Of a DNA stretch of 64,000 nt, positions 45,583 to 54,272 are shown in pieces; the stretch's first letter is position 1, and each line of letters opens with the position of its first letter. The stretch is from positions 5,607-69,606 of the forward strand of contig PBOA01000008.1 in NCBI GenBank assembly GCA_002723415.1. The letters run 5' to 3'. The notes beneath the pieces are model-generated. The model made no database searches, had not been told where the DNA came from, and saw nothing but the letters and a program-made list of their open reading frames with translations. The DNA is from Chloroflexota bacterium (GTDB lineage Bacteria > Chloroflexota > Dehalococcoidia > Lucifugimonadales > GCA-002723415). Made by a program: the position numbers and the translations under genes.

Positions 45583-46293
45583 TTATTCTTGGTTTGCGAA
45601 GCCCAGAGTGTTTGTTGTCATTTGGCCTTTTATTGAGTCAGCATCTAGCATGTCCTGAGTTCCTGTAATATTTCTTGCATAGGGCAATATTAAACGAACA
45701 AGGTTGTCAAGTTTTTCCCCATTACTAAATTTAACGCTACAACTATCAACTCTTTCCATAGTTCCATATTTAATTAATCCACGAATAATTGCATTTATAC
45801 GAATTTCTGGTTTTGTATGAACCTGCGAAACAGAATCACCTGAATTTTTTTCAGCAGTTGGTAGGCATGCAGAAACTTCGTAAATATTAGAAGAATTTAT
45901 CTCTTTAGGTGTAATAGTTATTTCTAAAGGAGAGCGTAAGTCTTTGATTTTTATTGGACCTATATTATGGCTAAAATTTGCTGGCTTTTCGACAGCTTGT
46001 TTAATTAAAAATTTCATAGGACGTTCATATACCTGGTTATTAGGATATTTAGCTTTATTATAAGTTTCAGTTATGGACTCCATTCCGCCTAAATTAATTA
46101 ATTGATCTCTTACTTCTTGTATTCTTTCTTTTACTCCAGCAATTTTGCTAAAAGACCAGACAGTAAAAATTCCATTTTTTTCATATAGTCCTATACTTAT
46201 GTTGTTAAAATGTGGATCTATAGAAATCAACTCTATACATCTTCCTAAATCTGATAATATATTATTGATATTATTTTTTTGAATGATCGTCAT
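45583..46293 (-). CDS. Hypothetical protein (236 aa) embedded in the corrinoid methyltransferase operon
   Basis: Clear ORF with 19- and 29-nt gaps to its neighbours. Soluble, no Cys motif, and no family signature I can recognise. Confidence 0.6.
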   Translation of the reverse strand: MTIIQKNNINNILSDLGRCIELISIDPHFNNISIGLYEKNGIFTVWSFSKIAGVKERIQEVRDQLINLGGMESITETYNKAKYPNNQVYERPMKFLIKQAVEKPANFSHNIGPIKIKDLRSPLEITITPKEINSSNIYEVSACLPTAEKNSGDSVSQVHTKPEIRINAIIRGLIKYGTMERVDSCSVKFSNGEKLDNLVRLILPYARNITGTQDMLDADSIKGQMTTNTLGFANQE

Positions 46294-46322
46294 TTTAATA
46301 ATTCCTTAAGTAATTTTATAAT

Positions 46323-47213
46323 TTAATTTATTATATTATGTATTTCTTTTATATGTTGAGGGGTAGTCCCACAACATCCTCCTATTATATCAATATTTAA
46401 ATCAATTAAATCTTTAAATTTTTCAGCCATATATTGTGGAGTTTCAGGATATACTATTCTGCCATTAATGATTTTTGGTATACCTGCATTACTATGTATT
46501 ATCATATGTCCATCATCGACTGATCTCATTTTATTTGCTATTTCTATCATGTTATCAATACCATTTCCGCAATTTGATCCAACTACGTCGGCCCCAGCTT
46601 TTCTGAGTTCATTAGCTGCCGTTTCTGGAGTTATTCCCATCATTGTGAAATATCCTTTTGGTCCTAAATCAAAGGTCATTGTTGCTAATATGACTAAATT
46701 AGTATTTTCTTTAGCAGACTCTATAGCTAGTTGTGCTTCTTCAAGAGCTGTCATAGTTTCAATTAATATTCCATCAGCTCCACCATTTTCTAAAGCTTTC
46801 ATTTGACTTATGAACCCTTTTTTCATTTCAGATTTAGTTGCTGAACCAAGTGGCTCAAGAAATTCACCTGTAGGCCCCACTGATCCAAGGACAAATTTTC
46901 CTTTTTGTGCTACAGATCTGGAAAGAGCCGCTGCTGCTCTATTGATTTCTGTTGTTTTATCTTTAAGACCGTATTTTTCTAACATATATGGATTACCACC
47001 AAATGTATTAGTAAGTACTATGTTAGAACCACTATCATAATAATCTTTACTCATTTTTTTTATTAAATTTGGGTTGTTTAAATTTAGCTCTTCAGGTGAA
47101 GCTCCTGCCTCTAGTCCATGTGATTGTAAGTAAGTGCCAGATGCTCCATCTGAGAGGATAGTTTTTGGTGATTTTAATGCATCTCTTAATGAGGGAAATA
47201 TTTTTTCATTCAT
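46323..47213 (-). CDS. Homocysteine S-methyltransferase-domain protein (stand-alone MetH module 1 / MmuM / BHMT-like)
   Basis: ILSDGASGTYL, VLTNTFG, zinc ligands NCG and GGCCGTTPQHI. Confidence 0.85.
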   Translation of the reverse strand: MNEKIFPSLRDALKSPKTILSDGASGTYLQSHGLEAGASPEELNLNNPNLIKKMSKDYYDSGSNIVLTNTFGGNPYMLEKYGLKDKTTEINRAAAALSRSVAQKGKFVLGSVGPTGEFLEPLGSATKSEMKKGFISQMKALENGGADGILIETMTALEEAQLAIESAKENTNLVILATMTFDLGPKGYFTMMGITPETAANELRKAGADVVGSNCGNGIDNMIEIANKMRSVDDGHMIIHSNAGIPKIINGRIVYPETPQYMAEKFKDLIDLNIDIIGGCCGTTPQHIKEIHNIIN

Positions 47214-47233
47214 TTATTTATAAAGTCCTTTTA

Positions 47234-47572
47234 TTATTTTATCCAGTGATCAATAGATCCAGGAGTACCTATTCTTTTACCTAACTTATCTAATTCTATA
47301 ATTCTAGATACAAAATTTTTCGGGAAATTATTATTATATTTTTGCAGAGTTAATTCTAATACTTTGTTAATCTCACCACTAGTTTCTTTAAATTGACCCC
47401 ATTGCCACGCGTTGATATATAAGTCACTACCATAACTTCCATCTTTCATTGCTATGGCATCTATTCCTTTTTGAAATCTTTCATCTAGCATTTGAGATTT
47501 TGTTTCGTTTTGAGATTTAACTTGTATTTGTGCAGGAATTTCTTTCCAATACATTATTCTAACTTTTATCAT
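47234..47572 (-). CDS. Small conserved protein of unknown function (112 aa)
   Basis: Compact ORF with 9/20-nt gaps. The N-terminal IMYWKEIPAQIQV resembles, from memory, the uncharacterised Pfam 'Virulence_fact' family (YW[RK]DIPAQV). Low confidence in that assignment. Confidence 0.55.
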   Translation of the reverse strand: MIKVRIMYWKEIPAQIQVKSQNETKSQMLDERFQKGIDAIAMKDGSYGSDLYINAWQWGQFKETSGEINKVLELTLQKYNNNFPKNFVSRIIELDKLGKRIGTPGSIDHWIK

Positions 47573-47581
47573 TTTTTTACC

Positions 47582-47974
<393 letters not shown>

Positions 47975-47975
47975 A

Positions 47976-48416
47976 TTAATTTAATTCTTTTATACTGTTT
48001 TTATCTACTAATTCAACAAGTGTTCCATGAGTTGATTTTGGGTGTATAAATGCTATATCTCCTGCAAGTCCTTTTCTTGGCTTTTTGTCAATAAGTTCAA
48101 TATCACTTGAGTCAAGGTTATTTAATGTTTGCTCTAAGTTATCTACTTCAAAACATATATGATGAATGCCTTCTCCTCGTTTTTGAATAAATTTTGCTAT
48201 ACTTCCATTAACATCTAATGGTTGTATAAACTCTAAATGAGTGTTGCCTAGAGAAATTAAAGTTGCTAGTACTCCTTGATCAGATATTTCAGTGACTTCG
48301 GTAGCTTTGGTTCCAAAAATTTTACTATAAAAGTCGATAGATTTGTTAATATTATTAACAGCAATACAAACATGGTTCAAATTTTCTACTTTACATAACG
48401 AGTTAGAATTTTTCAT
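47976..48416 (-). CDS. mce: Methylmalonyl-CoA epimerase (VOC family)
   Basis: LNHVCIAV...FY and GEGIHHICFEV...HP metal-ligand pattern. It sits between the mutase subunits. Confidence 0.8.
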   Translation of the reverse strand: MKNSNSLCKVENLNHVCIAVNNINKSIDFYSKIFGTKATEVTEISDQGVLATLISLGNTHLEFIQPLDVNGSIAKFIQKRGEGIHHICFEVDNLEQTLNNLDSSDIELIDKKPRKGLAGDIAFIHPKSTHGTLVELVDKNSIKELN

Positions 48417-48440
48417 AAAACCTGAATCCTTTCATTATTA

Positions 48441-49580
48441 TTACAAGCTTAGTAACTTCCTTGCAATAATCATTTGTTGAATTTGAGTAGTCCCTTCATA
48501 TATTTCTGTAACTTTAGCATCTCTATAAAATCTTTCTATGTCGCTTGGGGCAAAATAACCAGCTCCTCCATGAATTTGCATTGATTTATTAGCACATTCT
48601 ACAGCAACCTTTGAAGCCATTAATTTTGCCATAGACGCTTGGGTTACAAATTCTAAATTATTATCTTTTAGTGTTGCTGCTTCAAAAACAAGTAATCTAG
48701 CTGCATGTATTTCTGTTGCCATATCTGCAATCATATTTTGGATAGATTGAAATTCAGATATGTTTTTGCCAAATGCTTTTCTGTTTTTAGCATATTTAAT
48801 TGCTGCTTCATATGAAGCTTGAGCAATCCCTATACATTGCGCAGCAACTGCAATACGACTACAGTTTAAAGATTGCATTGCTAAACGAAAACCTGCGCCT
48901 TCTTCTCCAATTCGGTTTTGAATAGGTATTTCAACATTTGAAAATGTAATTTGGCCTGTACTAGAAGCTTTTATCCCCATTTTACCAATTTGTTTAATTA
49001 CTTCAATGCCTTTACTTTTTTCTACTATTAAAGCTTCAATTCCTTTATTTTTTAATAATTTATTTTTAGTTGCTAACACTATGAATATACCTGCTTCAGG
49101 TGCATTAGTAATGTAAGTTTTAGATCCATTTAAAATATAATGATCATTAATTAATTCTAGTGTTGAATTTAAGCCTCCAGCATCACTACCAGCATCTGGT
49201 TCTGTGAGTGCAAAAGCACCTATTTTGTTAGCATTTACTAATTCGGGTAAGTATTTTTCCTTTTGGTCTTTATTTCCATGCATTTGTATTAATTGTGCAC
49301 ATAATGATAAATGAGCTATATAAATTATACCTGTAGATGCACATGCTTTAGATATTTCTTCCACTACTATGCATAGTTGACGCATGCTTCCACCAGTACC
49401 TCCATATTTTTCTTCTATAGTTAATCCAAACATTCCAAGTTCAGCTAATCCCTGAATATTGCTCCAAGGAAATTCATTGTTTAAGTCATAATTAGAAGCT
49501 CTTGGTGCAATTTTTTGATTCGAGTAATCTTTAATAGTGTTTTTTATTAACTTTTCATCTTCAGATAAAAGACTATACAT
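48441..49580 (-). CDS. Acyl-CoA dehydrogenase
   Basis: ALTEPDAGSDAG, KTYITNA and a C-terminal IYEGTTQIQQMIIAR with the catalytic Glu context. 379 aa. Confidence 0.9.
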   Translation of the reverse strand: MYSLLSEDEKLIKNTIKDYSNQKIAPRASNYDLNNEFPWSNIQGLAELGMFGLTIEEKYGGTGGSMRQLCIVVEEISKACASTGIIYIAHLSLCAQLIQMHGNKDQKEKYLPELVNANKIGAFALTEPDAGSDAGGLNSTLELINDHYILNGSKTYITNAPEAGIFIVLATKNKLLKNKGIEALIVEKSKGIEVIKQIGKMGIKASSTGQITFSNVEIPIQNRIGEEGAGFRLAMQSLNCSRIAVAAQCIGIAQASYEAAIKYAKNRKAFGKNISEFQSIQNMIADMATEIHAARLLVFEAATLKDNNLEFVTQASMAKLMASKVAVECANKSMQIHGGAGYFAPSDIERFYRDAKVTEIYEGTTQIQQMIIARKLLSL

Positions 49581-49600
49581 ATTTTCTCCTGAATTTTATA

Positions 49601-51253
49601 TTATAAAGAATTTAACTGCGTGTATTCACCAAATACTTCTCGTAATACGTTTGATATTTCACCTAAAGTTGCATAGCATTCAACGCATTTTAAAATTTGC
49701 GGGAAAATGTTTTCTTTTGTACTTGCTATTTCTTTTAAGGTCTTTAAAGATGCTTTTACTTGTTTATCAGATCGGTTATTTTTAGTTCTGTTAAGACGAT
49801 TCAATTGTTTTTTAGTTTCCTGTGGGTCAATAGATTGTATTTTATCTATTTTGAATTTTTCTGATTGAAATTTGTTTACACCTACTACAATTCTTTTATT
49901 AGTATCAATTTCGTTTTGTAATTTATAAGCATTGTTGTGAATTTCATCAACCTGAAAATTTCTATCTAAAGCTTTTAATGCTCCTCCCAAATGATCTATT
50001 TTATTTATATATTCTACAGCAGAATTCTCTAATTGACTTGTTAACTCTTCAATATAATAAGAACCAGCTAATGGGTCTACAGTTTCACTTATACCAGATT
50101 CATAAGCAAGAATTTGTTGGGTTCTAAGAGAAATTTGAGCAGATTCTTCTGTTGGAAGTCCTAATGCTTCATCTTTTGAATTTACATGTAATGATTGAGT
50201 TCCGCCTAGTATAGCTGCTAAAGCTTGTACTGTGGTGCGTATGATATTGTTGTCAGTTTGCTGAGCAGTTAGTGTAACTCCTGCTGTTTGTGTATGAAAT
50301 CTTAGCATACATGAACGAGGATTCTTAGCTTTGAACCTGTTTTTCATTATATTAGCCCAAATTCTTCTTGCAGCTCTAAATTTAGCAATTTCTTCGAATA
50401 AATTATTTTGTGACACAAAGAAAAAAGACAATTGTCCAGCAAAATCATCTATATTTAGACCTGCTTTGAGGGCATATTCTACATATGTTATTGCATTAGA
50501 AAATGTAAAAGCTAATTCTTGAATAGCAGTGGAGCCTGCTTCTCGTATATGGTAACCACTAACACTTATTGTATTCCATTTAGGTAAATTTTTACTACAA
50601 TATTCAAATATATCAGTTACTAGCCTCATTGATTGTTCGGGTGGATATATATATGTTCCACGAGCTATATATTCTTTTAAGATATCATTTTGAATAGTTC
50701 CTTTTAGTTCTTTAATATTTGCTCCCTGACGTTTAGCTACAGCAATATATAAAGCTAAAAGTATAGGAGCAGTTGCATTGATAGTCATAGAAGTACTAAC
50801 TTTTTCTAAAGGGATATCTTTAAAAAGTATTTCCATATCTGATAAACTTGAAATCGGAACTCCTGATTTCCCTACTTCTCCTAGTGACATTGGGTGATCA
50901 GAATCATAGCCAGTTTGGGTTGGTAAATCAAATGCAACACTTAATCCAGTTTGCCCTTGATCTAATAAATATCTATATCTATTGTTAGATTCTTCAGGTG
51001 AAGCCAGGCCTGCATACTGTCTCATACTCCATAATCTACCTCTATACATATTTGCTTGTACACCACGAGTATATGGATATTCACCTGGGTATCCTAAAGC
51101 TGTGGAATATTCAAAGTTGTTATCTTCATTAGTATATAGAGATTTTATAGGTATTCCCGAATCAGTATAAAAGTTTTCTTTTCGCTCTTTAAATCGATTT
51201 TTAAGAGGATTAAGGGTTTGTTCATGCCATTCTTTTTTTGATTTACTTTGCAT
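49601..51253 (-). CDS. Methylmalonyl-CoA mutase, catalytic (N-terminal barrel) subunit
   Basis: MRQYAGLAS (Tyr retained) and [21 protein letters not shown] (Arg retained). Both are substrate-carboxylate determinants of MCM rather than isobutyryl-CoA mutase. Confidence 0.9.
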   Translation of the reverse strand: MQSKSKKEWHEQTLNPLKNRFKERKENFYTDSGIPIKSLYTNEDNNFEYSTALGYPGEYPYTRGVQANMYRGRLWSMRQYAGLASPEESNNRYRYLLDQGQTGLSVAFDLPTQTGYDSDHPMSLGEVGKSGVPISSLSDMEILFKDIPLEKVSTSMTINATAPILLALYIAVAKRQGANIKELKGTIQNDILKEYIARGTYIYPPEQSMRLVTDIFEYCSKNLPKWNTISVSGYHIREAGSTAIQELAFTFSNAITYVEYALKAGLNIDDFAGQLSFFFVSQNNLFEEIAKFRAARRIWANIMKNRFKAKNPRSCMLRFHTQTAGVTLTAQQTDNNIIRTTVQALAAILGGTQSLHVNSKDEALGLPTEESAQISLRTQQILAYESGISETVDPLAGSYYIEELTSQLENSAVEYINKIDHLGGALKALDRNFQVDEIHNNAYKLQNEIDTNKRIVVGVNKFQSEKFKIDKIQSIDPQETKKQLNRLNRTKNNRSDKQVKASLKTLKEIASTKENIFPQILKCVECYATLGEISNVLREVFGEYTQLNSL

Positions 51254-51412
51254 ATAAATTCCTTATAAATATATATAATAATATAGTTTTAATCTTATTT
51301 AGTAACTTTTTGATATAAGTATTATAGTATTATAATATGATAATTGATTATTGACACTTTTGATTTGTGAAAAAGTTACTGAAAGATTTTTTCAATATTT
51401 AGTGAGAGTTTT

Positions 51413-52441
51413 ATGGAAAAACGTGTTGTTTCTGGCAATATATTAGAAGAAGATAACTCAGAAAAAAGTCTTAGACCTAAGCGTTTAAAAGATTACGTTG
51501 GTCAAAATAATATTAAAGAAAATCTTAGTATTGCCATTAAGGCTTCAAAAAAAAGAGGCGAACCTTTAGATCATGTTTTATTGTATGGACCTCCAGGCTT
51601 AGGTAAAACAACTCTAGCTAATATCTTAGCAAATGAAATGGAAGTAAGAATTAAGACGACTTCTGGTCCCGCTATTGAGCGTTCAGGTGATATGGTTGCA
51701 ATTTTAACTCAATTACAAAAAGGGGATATTTTATTTATAGATGAAATTCATCGTTTAAGTAGAGTAGTTGAAGAAATATTATATTCTGCAATGGAAGATT
51801 TTTTTGTTTCATGGGTTATGGATAAAGGTTTGAAAGCTAGAAATATGAAATTGAGTTTGAAGCCTTTTACTATTATTGGTGCTACAACGAGATATGGAAT
51901 GGTTACAGGACCTTTAAGAGACAGGTTTGGATTGATCAATAGGCTTAATTATTATAACTTGGATGATATGGCTACAGTAGTTAAAAGATCAGCGAATATA
52001 TTAAAAATAAAAGGAGATTCTCTAGGGTTCAATGAAATTGCTAAGAGGTCACGCGGGACTCCGCGTGTTGCGAATAGGTTGCTTAGAAGAGTGAGCGATT
52101 ATTCTTTAGTATTAGATGATAATTCAATAAACCAAAAGATTGCAAAAGAATCTTTAGGTAAGTTGGAAATTGATGAACTTGGTTTAGATTCAGTAGATTA
52201 TATGATATTAAAAGCTATAATTGAAAAATTTTCTGGGGGCCCTGTAGGACTAGATACTTTATCAGCTTCTATAAGCGAAGAAGCCGAGACGATAGAAGAG
52301 GTATATGAGCCTTATCTGCTTCAGTTAGGCTTTCTCGATAGAACAAGTAGGGGTAGAATGGTGACAAAAAGAGTGTATGAACACTTAGGCATTAAGTTGC
52401 CATCCAAGAAAGGCTTAAATCAAGCAACTCTTTTTGATTGA
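51413..52441 (+). CDS. ruvB: Holliday junction branch-migration helicase RuvB
   Basis: LRPKRLKDYVGQ, Walker A GPPGLGKTT, Walker B ILFIDEIHRL and RGTPRVANRLLRRV. Confidence 0.95.
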   Translation: MEKRVVSGNILEEDNSEKSLRPKRLKDYVGQNNIKENLSIAIKASKKRGEPLDHVLLYGPPGLGKTTLANILANEMEVRIKTTSGPAIERSGDMVAILTQLQKGDILFIDEIHRLSRVVEEILYSAMEDFFVSWVMDKGLKARNMKLSLKPFTIIGATTRYGMVTGPLRDRFGLINRLNYYNLDDMATVVKRSANILKIKGDSLGFNEIAKRSRGTPRVANRLLRRVSDYSLVLDDNSINQKIAKESLGKLEIDELGLDSVDYMILKAIIEKFSGGPVGLDTLSASISEEAETIEEVYEPYLLQLGFLDRTSRGRMVTKRVYEHLGIKLPSKKGLNQATLFD

Positions 52442-52449
52442 ATTATATA

Positions 52450-54258
52450 TTATTTGTTAGCAAGCTCGATACTGTCATAATTGAAGTCATATAGTTTTTT
52501 GTATAAGCCATTAGATTTGATTAGTTCTATATGATTACCTACTTCTATTAGGCTCCCTTGATCCATAACAGCTATTTTATCAGCGTCCCGGATTGTTGAT
52601 AGTCTGTGTGCAATAATAATGGCAGTTCTTTTATGGACTAAATTTTTAAGAGCGTTTTGAATAAGGTCTTCTGTTGTACTGTCAATATTTGCTGTTGCTT
52701 CATCAAGTATCAATATTTTAGGGTTTGATAATATTGCTCTTGCAAAACTTATTAATTGTCTTTGTCCTGTACTTAAATTTGAGCCTCTTTCAAGGATTCG
52801 AGTATCATAACCTAATTCTAAATCACTTATAAAGTTATGCGCATTAACTGTTTTTGATGCGTTTATCACTTCTTCTCTTGATGATTCAGTAAGTCTATAT
52901 TTAATATTGTCCATAATTGTTCCGGAAAATAAAAATGGCTCTTGTAATACTATTGACATTTGGTTTAACAATGAATCTCTTGTAACATTTTGAATATTAA
53001 TACCATCAATCTCTATTGACCCACTTTCTAAGGGTATATTGTATAAACGTGATAGCAAAGAGATCAGTGTAGTCTTCCCTGAACCAGTGTGACCTACAAT
53101 TGCTAAAGTTTCGCCACTTTTGACTTCTAGGTTAATATTTTTTAGTACGGGGTTATTATGTGTATAGCTAAATGTTAGGTTATTAAATGCTATATTCCCT
53201 TCGATACTTTTTAATTCTTTACTCCTTATAGATTCATTTATTTCAGGTTTGATATCCATTATTTCAAATATTCTGTTTCCAGAAGCCATCGCCCTTTGAA
53301 ATTGAGTATAAGACATTGTAATTTGTCTTAGAGGATCAAAAAACCTTTGTACATACATTACAAATGCTATTAACACACCTATATCTAATGAATGGCCAAT
53401 CATTTGTGATCCAAAAAATATCACTAAACTAATGGCTATACTTGTTAAAAAATCAACTCCAGGTAATACTCCAGATGATACATATGTAGCTGATTTAGAG
53501 GTTTTTAAAAGGTGTGAATTCTTCGTGTCAAACAATTGCATATTTGTTTTTTGTCTTGTTAATATTTGAATTATTTTAGATCCATTAATAGTTTCTGCTA
53601 AATTATTGATCGTAACAGAATGAGATATTCTATTCTCAATGTATAATTTTTTTGCTAACTTTTGCCAAACTATAAGCAGTATGAATAGGGCTGGTACGAC
53701 AATTAAAGTTATTATTGCTAATTTAAAGCTCATAATCATTAAAAATATTATTATTCCAATTAAGCTTAATAATTCTCCAGAAGTGGCTACAATTAGAGCT
53801 CCAACCTCTTGTAATTGTCCTACGTCTCCATGCATTCTAGACATTAGTCGTCCTACTTCAGTTTTGTCGTAAAAAGACATTGGTAGTTTTTGTAAGTGAG
53901 AGAATAATTTACTTCGTAAATTCTGTAATACTCCTTGACTCATTCTAGAAGCAAATGTTTCTTGTAGATATCCAGATCCCCAGTTAATGAATGCAATTGA
54001 TATAAAAGCAACAAATACCCAAGTTAGTCCTTCAATATCTTTAGTTAAAATGTGGTTATCTATTCCTATTTTTATAATATAAGGAAAAGATGATTGAGTA
54101 ATTACAAATATTAGCATTGCACTAATAGCCATAAAAAGTAACTTTTTTTGAGGCTTTAGAAAAGGCACAAGCCTGCTTATTACTTTATGGTCATAAGCTT
54201 TACCAAATATTTCTTCTATCTGGTTATCTACAGAAGTTCCTTGAGGACGGTATTTCAT
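52450..54258 (-). CDS. ABC exporter half-transporter (TMD-NBD), consensus-site subunit
   Basis: Six TM helices plus an NBD with GHTGSGKTT, LILDEATANID (catalytic Glu present) and IAHRLST (H-loop His present), but signature LSTGQ instead of LSGGQ. Confidence 0.9.
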   Translation of the reverse strand: MKYRPQGTSVDNQIEEIFGKAYDHKVISRLVPFLKPQKKLLFMAISAMLIFVITQSSFPYIIKIGIDNHILTKDIEGLTWVFVAFISIAFINWGSGYLQETFASRMSQGVLQNLRSKLFSHLQKLPMSFYDKTEVGRLMSRMHGDVGQLQEVGALIVATSGELLSLIGIIIFLMIMSFKLAIITLIVVPALFILLIVWQKLAKKLYIENRISHSVTINNLAETINGSKIIQILTRQKTNMQLFDTKNSHLLKTSKSATYVSSGVLPGVDFLTSIAISLVIFFGSQMIGHSLDIGVLIAFVMYVQRFFDPLRQITMSYTQFQRAMASGNRIFEIMDIKPEINESIRSKELKSIEGNIAFNNLTFSYTHNNPVLKNINLEVKSGETLAIVGHTGSGKTTLISLLSRLYNIPLESGSIEIDGINIQNVTRDSLLNQMSIVLQEPFLFSGTIMDNIKYRLTESSREEVINASKTVNAHNFISDLELGYDTRILERGSNLSTGQRQLISFARAILSNPKILILDEATANIDSTTEDLIQNALKNLVHKRTAIIIAHRLSTIRDADKIAVMDQGSLIEVGNHIELIKSNGLYKKLYDFNYDSIELANK

Positions 54259-54272
54259 ATTTATAATTGACC

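Noticed and set aside
46468-47040. Two consecutive antisense ORFs (112 and 76 aa) opposite the Hcy methyltransferase gene
   Set aside because: They are shadow ORFs of a gene with clear zinc-ligand motifs. They show no independent signals.
49601-51253. Possible isobutyryl-CoA mutase large subunit (the split large/small architecture resembles IcmA/IcmB)
   Set aside because: Tyr in RQYAG and Arg in IARGTY, the carboxylate-binding residues of methylmalonyl-CoA mutase, are retained. A methylmalonyl-CoA epimerase gene also lies within the cluster.
51254-51412. Cobalamin riboswitch upstream of the B12 island
   Set aside because: The 159-nt divergent region is almost pure A/T, without the GC-rich B12-box-containing core. 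A covariance-model scan would be the decisive test.
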